Part shown: piece after piece, positions 55,086-64,000 of the stretch
Position numbering within the stretch: the stretch's first letter is position 1
Layout: the number at the start of each line of letters is the position of its first letter
Source: Eledone cirrhosa
Lineage: Eukaryota
Length of the DNA stretch: 64,000 nucleotides
Reading direction: 5' to 3'
Assembly: GCA_964016885.1 (NCBI GenBank)
Contig: OZ024741.1
Location: forward strand, 274,908,001-274,972,000
The notes under the pieces: generated by a model
Told to the model about the DNA's origin: nothing
Database searches by the model: none
The model's input: the letters and a program-made list of their open reading frames with translations, nothing else
Made by a program: the position numbers and the translations under genes

Positions 55086-55699
55086 CATGGTAACGTGTTG
55101 TTTATCTTTTAACAATTTTAGCATTACCCCACAATGCTTCATATAAACGATACTATTCTAATATATACGTCATAAATGACGTAGTTTATAGTAAAATTAT
55201 ATTTTATTTTATTTTATTTTAATATAGAGTGGTGTGCTTATGCGCGGAGATGCTATAGGACAGGGTGAAAACTCTTTAAAGACAGAAGAAGTGGACATCG
55301 GCCGCTACGCTGATAGCAATTTCTTTTTCCGTCTCTATTTAGACTACCATTAGTATTTAGTTTACATCAATAGTATTTAGACTATACCAATGGTATTTAG
55401 ACTATACCAATGGTATTTGGCCTATACTACTGGTATTTAGTCTATGTATACAGGGTCCAGTAACTCCTGAGGGAGTCGTAGGGGCGCGGTATTAACATAT
55501 GGCGTTTCTAGTGCAATATTTTAAACCTGGCCAAGCCCATCTCTTCTCCATATAGAGAATGGTATACCAATGGTATTTAGACTAAACCATTGCCATATAG
55601 TCTATACCAATACCATTTAGTCAGTGAAATCATTATATAAATCATTTTATAAATTCACATTATTACATAGATTACAATTATTTTATGTCGAAGCACATC

Positions 55700-56420
55700 A
55701 ATGGATTGACAAGGTTGGCAGGTCAACAGGTCAAGAGGTTAACAAGACTAAAGGTTAACAGGTCAACAAGTTGAAAGGACCAAAATATCAATAGGTTAGC
55801 TGGTCTACCAAGCCAACTAAGTGAACAAGGTCAACCAAATTAACAGGTCAACAGGTTAACAAATCAGTCAGTCGACAAGCTCAATCAGGTCAACAGGTTA
55901 AAAAGTCAACACTTAATGAAATTAAACTAGATCAGCAGTTCAGCAGCTTAACTAGGTCAGCAATTCAACTGGTTAAAATTGTCGGTTGTGTAACAGATAA
56001 ACATGTGAGCAAGTTAATTTGATCATCAGTTCGGTCGGTTAACAAGTAGATCAACGGGTCAAGACATTAGCAAGTTAACTTGATCAATAGTTTAGTTGGT
56101 TAACAAGTAGACTAGCGGGTCAACACGTTAGAATGTTAACTTGATCAGTAGTTCAGATGGTTAACAAGTAGATCAGTGGGTCAACACGTTAGCAAGTCAA
56201 CTTGATCAGTAGTTCAGTTGGTTAACAAAAATATCGGCGGGTCAACACGTGAGCAAGTCAACTTGATCAGTAGTTCAGCTGGTTAACAAGAATATCGGCG
56301 GGTCAACACGTTAGCAAGTTAACTTGATCAGTAGTTCAGTTGGTTAACAAGCTCGACAATTCAACAGGATAACAGATCAAAAGGTCACCCAATTTAACAG
56401 GTTAATCAAGTCAACAGACC
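55700..56420. repeat. GTCAAC/GTTAAC-rich repeat; ~60-bp units at 56000-56350
   Basis: AACTTGATCAGTAGTTCAG.TGGTTAACAAG recurs. Confidence 0.8.
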
Positions 56421-56829
56421 AAGAAAAGATCAAACAAGAAAAGGCTATTTATCAGTTTAGTTGTTGCTCTTGTTGTTTAGCTCCAGTTTAGACCTGACTG
56501 AGTTTATCTACAATTGAATGCTTTCCGGCCGTGGCCATCACATCTTAATGTGTCTGGAACGTAGACTACCAAATGTTATTCGTTTTTAAAAAAACGTTAG
56601 GGGTATTTTGAGATAGAGTTTGCTGCCATGAAGTGAGCAGTGGCATATTGACCGTAGCGTGTTCAATATTTCGATTATTCAACAATTACTGTTGTAATGG
56701 GGGAGGGAAATATTGGAGGTTCAATGCCTAATGTTTAATGAAATCTGACAAAGTAAATGGAGTGATATTTTAACAAATTTCCTGGAATATCCATGTCCCA
56801 GAATTCATTCAATTGCCGTCTAATAGACT

Positions 56830-57735
56830 ACAACTCACTCAACTTTCGCCTCAGACACCAGAACCACTCAACTTCAACCTCAGACACCAGAACCACTCAA
56901 CTTCCGCCTCAAACACCAGAACTCACTCTACTTCCGCATGAGACACCAGAACCACTCAACTTCCGCCTCAGACACTAGAACCACTCAACCCCAGACACCA
57001 GAACTACTCAACCTCAGACACCAGAACCACTCAACTTCCGCCTCAGACACCTGAACCACTCAACTTCCGCCTCTAACACCAGAACCACTCAACTTCCGCC
57101 TCTAACACCAGAACCAGTCAAATTCAACCTCAAACACCAGAACCACTCAACTTCCGCCACAGACACCAGAACCACTCAACTTCCGCCTCCGACACCAGAA
57201 ACACTCAACTTCCGCCACAGACACCAGAACCACTCAACTTCCGCCTCAGACACCTGAACCACTCAACTTCCGCCTCTAACACCAGAACCACTCAACTTCC
57301 GCCTCTAACACCAGAACCAGTCAAATTCAACCTCAAACACCAGAACCACTCAACTTCCGCCACAGACACCAGAACCACTCAACTTCCGCCTCCGACACCA
57401 GAAACACTCAACTTCCGCCTCAGACACCAGAACTCACTCAACTTCCTCCTCAGACACCTGAACCACTCAACTTCCGCCACAGACACCAGAACCACTCAAC
57501 TTCCGCCACAGACACCAGAACCACTCAACTTCCGCCTCAGACACCAGAACCATTCAACTTCCGCCTCAGACACCATAAATCACTCAACTTCCGCCTCAGA
57601 CACCAGAACTCACTCAACTTCCGCTACAGACACCAGAATCACTCAACTTCCGCCTCAGACATCAGAACCACTCAAATTCCGCCTCAAACACCAGAACTAC
57701 TCAACTTCCGCCTCAGACACTAAAACCACTCAACA
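56830..57735. repeat. ~29-bp minisatellite CAGACACCAGAACCACTCAACTTCCGCCT, ~30 copies
   Basis: Direct. Confidence 0.95.
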
Positions 57736-58439
57736 AGGTGGTTTTCTGTGACATCTTGTGGAAAAGAAAATACGTGTTATAAGCATTAAAATACGGTAAA
57801 TTTTATCATAATCTCAAGTTGACCCTTGCCCTCTGCGTGAAATCTGGTAGGCGGAAACTATTTGGAAGACTGTCCAGAGGTCTGTACCCGTAATTTAAGA
57901 AGTCAGAACTCATACAAAACGTCAAACTGGATCTCCCTGAGAATTACGCTAAGGATACACGTGTCTGTAGAATGCTCAGCCTCTTCTACTTTAATATCAT
58001 GAAAAGGCTCCTCCGCTGGTCGAACAACTGGAACACTCATTGTCGAAACCGACGAAGGTCCGTTCGTGTTGACACTGTTTGGAAGCCCGTCTGATGAACT
58101 AACTATATCAGTAATTATAAGAGTCAGCCTTCTTACAAACAGTGTCAAGCTGAATATCCATGCGAATTATGTTAAGGATACACGTGCCTGTAGAATATAT
58201 TCTGCTTCTACATTAATATCACAAACAGGCCCCTCTATTGGTCGAACAACTTGGACAGTCATCGTTGAAACAGTGGGAGGTCCATTTACCTTCTTTTCTT
58301 CCACCAATGTATGTTCAAGCTGTGGCTTTTTCAATGTAATTAGAGTCGTATACAAATAGGTATTGATTATCCAATATGTGATATCTCGTATTCATGTGGT
58401 CTACAGTGATATCTCGTATACATATGGTCTACAGTGATA

Positions 58440-58490
<51 letters not shown>

Positions 58491-58700
58491 GTCGACCTAC
58501 GTAGGAAATCGTATTATCGTGAGCTCCGCAAAGGTTTGTTATTTCCGTTTGTTTAAAAATTGCCATTTATGGAAAATTTTATTGTTAACTGTTTATAAGC
58601 ACACATACATTGTTTTCCGAAAAGGACACCTAAAAAGATTGGGGCCTTGTGCCCAAAATTTTAACTTTTATTATTATCAAAAAATTTCTTTGAAAAAAAA

Positions 58701-60698
58701 ATGGCTACTTCACCTCTGCACGAAGCAGCTGAAAGCCTTCCTCACAAAATAACACCTCACACCGACACCACCATTGTAAATGTTACTACGTTTGCCAACA
58801 CAAAAAAAAATATAAGCAGTAGCAATATTTTAAATTTGTCTCAAGCAGACATTCATTTCCCGCCATTACCAATGACTGCAGGTGTTAAAGCCTCCACCAC
58901 CACCACCACCACCGCGACAACCACCACCACCACCACCACCGCGACAACAGAAACAAAAGAAGAAAAAAATAAATTAACTCGTGATGTCGAAATGAAATCA
59001 AGCAAAATGGACTCTTCCCCACCAAAGACGACTGACGTCACCACCACCACAACTGAAAATAAAATTAATATTAACGATAGCAACAACAACAACAATGACA
59101 TTATAAAACCGACCCTCAGTTTCGCCATCGTAGCAAAACAATTCGAAGCGTTCACGGTAACTCAAGAAGATTTAGAAAATGCCAAACAAATGGTAAAGAA
59201 AGATGGGTACAGGGTGAGCCTCATCCCCCCCCCCCCCCCACCTAATAAAATGGAGCATCGGCGCCTGTGCACCGTGTCGTATAGAACAATAAATGTAAAT
59301 TCGCGCCGAGTGGAACGGGCATCCGAGTCCCAAATCCAAAAAGTTTTGGGACATGTGTGGGCAAGAAAAACCCACATCAGACGTGGGCAAAAGTATGGAA
59401 CCGTGGATGTGTTCTTTGAAACACCAGAGGAGGCTAGAGAACACTCCATGGCCCCATTAAAAAGTGACGACCTCACACTCGTCCCAAGCTATTGTGGCCA
59501 GAGACTCGTAAAGATCAGGGTGACCCACGTTCCACCGGCCATCGAAATTCCCTGGCTAATAGCGGCTGTCCTCACCGGCATCGAAGCCAACACGAAAATA
59601 ATAGCAGTAGCAAAAGAAAAGCAGGAAAACTGGCCCGGATCTGGGATGGAGCTCCTGATCCAAGCGGACCAAAAAAGCATTGAGGAGATCCCAGAGGTAA
59701 TAGACCTCACTGACGGCAGCCACCTCACGGTAATTGTCGAGGGCAGAAGACCTAGGTGTGTCGTTTGTGGTGAAGGAACCCACCTAAGGGCTTTCTGCCC
59801 TCAGGCTAAAAGGTTGAGGCCACCTCTCCTACCCACCCCAGTGACAAAACCATCAACACCACCAGTAGCAGAGATGGCAGCAACAACTGTAGCAGCAACA
59901 ACAGAAGCAACTATAACAGCAACAACCCCAGCAACAGTAGCAAAACCAACACCACTACCACCACCAGCAAAACCAACACCACCACCACCCAACGCTTCAG
60001 AACTAGCACCAGCGCCTACACCATCCACCACACCACAACCAAAACTAACGGCTGTGGAGGATTTTCCACTCCCCGGCCTATCACAACTGGAGACAGATTG
60101 TGACGACGAGGAGTGGGAAACGATATCCGGAAAAAAAAAAAGAAACCAAAAAAGAAAAAATTCTCTTCCTTCCCCCTCCAAAAACAAAATACAGAGGGAA
60201 ACAAATAAACTAAGAAACAAAAAAGTTAGGACAGATATGCCACCATCCACACCAGCATCACCAACCCCATCAACCCAAACACCAACACCATCACCATCAT
60301 CATCCCCAGCACTACCATCACCTACACCACAAAAGTCACCAAAAAGCGAAACAGAAACAAACCCACAACAAACGCAAACAAAACAAAACAACCAAAACGA
60401 TACACACTACACAGCATTAAATTTGAACAACAAGCAATTATTACACTACATCCAACACAACACCAGCATCACAGAAAAAGACTACACAACAACCCCAAAA
60501 TTCACACCACCTCCACACATACAAATCACTCGCATCACACAGAAAACGTACATGACACTAAAACAAAAATTCCCCAAAGACATCGGAGACTTCCGACAAG
60601 CACTCTCCAGGAGGATTTATAAGGACATCCTTCCTGAGGAGGCCACAAGCAGTGAAAAGGATGGAAAAGCCGTCCTTCCCCTACGAGAAGTAAGGTAA
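58701..60698 (+). CDS. ORF1p (RRM-like region, CCHC Zn knuckle, P/T-rich tail)
   Basis: 665-aa open frame; CVVCGEGTHLRAFC = CX2CX4HX4C; EWETISGKKKR. Confidence 0.85.
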   Translation: MATSPLHEAAESLPHKITPHTDTTIVNVTTFANTKKNISSSNILNLSQADIHFPPLPMTAGVKASTTTTTTATTTTTTTTATTETKEEKNKLTRDVEMKSSKMDSSPPKTTDVTTTTTENKININDSNNNNNDIIKPTLSFAIVAKQFEAFTVTQEDLENAKQMVKKDGYRVSLIPPPPPPNKMEHRRLCTVSYRTINVNSRRVERASESQIQKVLGHVWARKTHIRRGQKYGTVDVFFETPEEAREHSMAPLKSDDLTLVPSYCGQRLVKIRVTHVPPAIEIPWLIAAVLTGIEANTKIIAVAKEKQENWPGSGMELLIQADQKSIEEIPEVIDLTDGSHLTVIVEGRRPRCVVCGEGTHLRAFCPQAKRLRPPLLPTPVTKPSTPPVAEMAATTVAATTEATITATTPATVAKPTPLPPPAKPTPPPPNASELAPAPTPSTTPQPKLTAVEDFPLPGLSQLETDCDDEEWETISGKKKRNQKRKNSLPSPSKNKIQRETNKLRNKKVRTDMPPSTPASPTPSTQTPTPSPSSSPALPSPTPQKSPKSETETNPQQTQTKQNNQNDTHYTALNLNNKQLLHYIQHNTSITEKDYTTTPKFTPPPHIQITRITQKTYMTLKQKFPKDIGDFRQALSRRIYKDILPEEATSSEKDGKAVLPLREVR

Positions 60699-60732
60699 GT
60701 GGTCTTTCCCATCTTTTCCACTCCTTTTCAAC

Positions 60733-63700
60733 ATGACCTCACTCAGAATAGGCAGCATAAATGCGCGTGGCTTGGGGTCGTCATGGAAGCAGGGCCACCT
60801 GCTCAACGACCTCAGGTCACTAAACATAGATGTAGTGGCCATCAGCGAGACCAGAATCTCCGAAGCACAGGCTTTCGCACCGATCTTCGGCGGCTACGAT
60901 GTGTACGCATCTCCCAGCCGTCCGGGATCGGGGGGAGGAGTTGCTGTGCTTTTTCGGAGAGGTTTGGATCTTGCCATACGGGCCATCTTCCTGGACCCAG
61001 AAGGTAAGTTGGTGGTGCTGGACGTGACCAGCGGAGACGGGCAAGCTTTCAGGTTAGTGGCCGTCTATGCCCCGACAGGAGCAGGGCGGCCTGATTTCTT
61101 CCGGCGTCTGGAGACCTTTCTTGGAACGTCCCGCTCTTTAGTGTTAGTGGGCGACTGGAACGGGATCTTAGATGCACGCTGGGATTGTGTGGGATTAGTG
61201 GATAGGGAAGGAGGGTGCAAGAGTCTCACCAACCTGCTCAGACGTTTTGAACTGTCTGACAGGTACCGAATGGATTTCCCGAATGTACCAATGTGGACTT
61301 GGACAAATCGCCTAGGGTCATCCAGATCATATCTAGATAGAGTATTTTGTAGGGAAATAGATAGGTCTAGCATAGGCTGTCCACAATTCAAGATAGTCAG
61401 CTACACGGACCACAAATTCGTGATCTGTGTGCTTGACTTAGATAGGCTTCATAGACGAGGACCCGGCTACTGGAAGCTAAACGCGTCCTTACCAGCGCGC
61501 AAGGCCTACAGAGACCGGATTAGCGAACTAGTTAAGCGGGCGTTGACGGGGCCATCGTCAACAACAAGTGGTGGTTTGCTCTGAAAAGAGCAATTAGAAT
61601 AGAGTCCATTAGGTTTAGTAAGACTTTAGCAATAGAGAAAAATAGAGCAGAGGGAGAATTAGTTAGAAAATTAGATGAGGCGCTTAGCAAAGGCATCGCG
61701 ACCGACGTACTTGCGGCGAAATTGGCCCTTGACCAATTCTTCAATGCAAAGCACGAAGGCTGCGTTGTCAGAGCTAGGGTGCGTGCTCTCAGACACGAGG
61801 GGACGAAAGCCGTTGAATGGGCCCGAGTGGCGGAGGCGCGTCGTGGCAACAAAGCCACGATCCGGTCTTTGGTGGACCACGACGGGCGCATGCTACTCGA
61901 TCCCGGGCAAATGTGTGAAGCTTTTCAGCGACACTTCGCTCAACTGTTCGGGGGCAGTGGCGGGCCGGATCGAGGGATGGACTTTAGTGTCTACCTCGAC
62001 GGACTGCCGCGGCTTTCGGCCACTGAGGCGGAGTGTTGCGAAAAGCCGATAACAACCGCTGAAGTACGGGATGCAATGACTAGTTGCACAAGGGGCAAAT
62101 CGCCTGGTTTGGATGGTCTGCCCTATGAACTTTACGTACAAATGCCAAACTTGTTCGGAGGCCTCTTGGCGGACGTCTACTGCAACTGGCAACAGAACGG
62201 GAGAATTCCCAGCTCTGTGAGCCGAGGAGCGGTGGCGCTGCTGAGAAAGGATCCGAACAAGGGGGATAACATAGATAATTTTAGGCCCATAACTCTGCTA
62301 AACACAGAGTTCAAGATTTTGGCCAAGGTGCTAGCAAAGAGGTTGGCGCTTGTCGTTGGTGGTCTGGTGGGAGAGGCACAGACATGCGCCATTCCCGACA
62401 GATCCATCCACGACAACCTCCACCTCATGCGATACATCGTAGAGAGGGTAGCTAGGGAACCTGGCACGGGTGGGTCTTTGATCAATTTAGATCAGTCGAA
62501 AGCCTTCGATAGGGTCGACCATCGTTACCTAGCGGCAGTCCTGAGGGCGGCTGGCTTTGGGCCCGTCTTCAGAGGCTGGATCGCTGCCATGCACAGCGAC
62601 ATCTGCTCTGTAGTGAGAGTGAACGGTCACCTTTCGGAACCGTTCAACATCATGCGCTCGGTCCGCCAAGGATGTCCCCTCTCGTCCCTATTGTACGTAT
62701 TGACTCTCGAGCCATTACTGCACAAACTGGAGACGTTGAGGGGGGTCCCGCGCGAACTAGGATGCGGAAGATCCGTGTCAGCATATGCCGACGATGTCAC
62801 CGTAGTGGTGTCGAACGCCAAACACATCGAGGCGATCGGCACTACACTAAGAGAATACGAAGCGGTGACAGGAGCAATGATCAACCAGGAAAAGTCAGTG
62901 GGCCTGCAGCTCGGCACCTGGAGAGGCAGGTCCATGCCGTCCAACAGCGTCGTCGGGCGCTGGACGGACGGACCGGTTAAATTGCTAGGGGTCTGGTTCG
63001 GTCCAGACCTCCAGACGGACAAAAACTGGGACGAGGTGACGAGCAGGGTGGCTTCTCTCACCCAGAAATGGGCCGAGAGGAAGCTATCCCTGAAAGGTCG
63101 AGCGGAGGTGGCGAATGCGTACATCGCATCCGTCATCTACTACCGCCTGACCGTCGTACCTTGTCCTAAGCCCCGCCTGACTGCGCTGGAGCGTTTGCTC
63201 TTTCGCTTCTTGTGGAAGGGACGCGCTCCGATGGTCAGGCGGTCCATCTGCTGTCAACACCCGCTACGTGGAGGGCTGGGCATGCCGTGGCTGATGATGC
63301 GCAGACACGCGCTCAGGCTACGACATCTCCACCTCTTCCTCGACGGTGATCAGGTGTGGTCGCCGTTTGCAAGACACGTTTTTCCCCAGCTCGTCTCCTT
63401 GACGGAGCTGCAGTCCTGGGTCAAGCGAAGACCGAGAGGGAGCGCTTGGAGACTGGAATGTCTTCAGGCGCTCACAGCCCTCGGCCAATCGGGCAATGTG
63501 ATCGGTGGAAACTCCACCTTGGCGTTCTATAGGGGATTAGTGGAGGGGAAGAGCGACGACGTACTTGGAGAAACTCTAGGCGTCGACGAAAATCAACTAG
63601 CCAATCTCTTCGGAAGGACTTTCGGGCCGGGGCCTATGGACAACTTCCAGAAATCCCTGGCCTGGCAGTGCTACCGAGGAGCTTTGCCAGTTCGGGATAA

Positions 63701-64000
63701 ACTCTACAGGCATGGAGGTGCCGTCAGCCGGGCATGTCCGAGATGCGCGCAGGGCGACGAAACCGTCCTGCACGCACTCGTCCAGTGTCCGAGCATTGCT
63801 GACTTGTGGGTTTATGTCGAACACCTGCTGTCACGTGTAGGACGGATCCAGCTATCAGCTGAGTCCATCGTGAGGATTGCCCCGCCCCCTTCCTTTAGCC
63901 TGGAAGGGCAGGCAGTTTTTATCTGTCTGGTGGCCATGGCGAAAGAGATAGTATGGTGGACACGTTTGAAAGGGCTGAAGACGAGCACTTACCTCTTCGG
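60733..64000 (+). CDS. ORF2p: APE endonuclease + reverse transcriptase + C-terminal Zn finger (one -1 frameshift at ~61550)
   Basis: SINARG, ISETR, VYAP, GDWN, SYLDR, TDH, YWKLN; after the shift KSPGLDG, FRPITLLN, DQSKAFDRV, RQGCPLS, YADD (62784), CPRC..ETVLHALVQC. Confidence 0.9.

Larger units (their letters stand above)
58491..64000 (+). mobile_element. Tx1/L1-type non-LTR retrotransposon, near full length, runs off window
   Basis: 5' UTR, ORF1, ORF2 (APE-RT-CCHC); begins right after (ATT)n. Confidence 0.93.

Overview
Repeat-saturated, gene-poor eukaryotic DNA. The SINE families, (TA)n/(CA)n microsatellite load and transposon spectrum suggest a mollusc, probably an octopod cephalopod (inference). 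No host gene can be called securely, and most listed ORFs are microsatellite translations. Real coding sequence belongs to mobile elements: a near-intact Tx1/L1-type LINE (58.5 kb to window end), a 5'-truncated Penelope-like element (RT + GIY-YIG) between ~510-bp inverted repeats, a second Penelope GIY-YIG fragment, CRE-clade RLE fragments, RTE and Ingi/Vingi fragments, and Tc1/mariner, hAT, pogo-type, Chapaev3-like and Helentron-like DNA elements. The main unannotated signal is about 18 type I (mostly minimal) hammerhead ribozyme motifs from about 9 sequence families, found by eye. Most lie in fold-back (inverted-duplicated) Penelope-type inserts within (TA)n tracts. They include U3-A8 core variants and one insert whose arms imply a head-to-tail or circular ~330-nt template (retrozyme-like).
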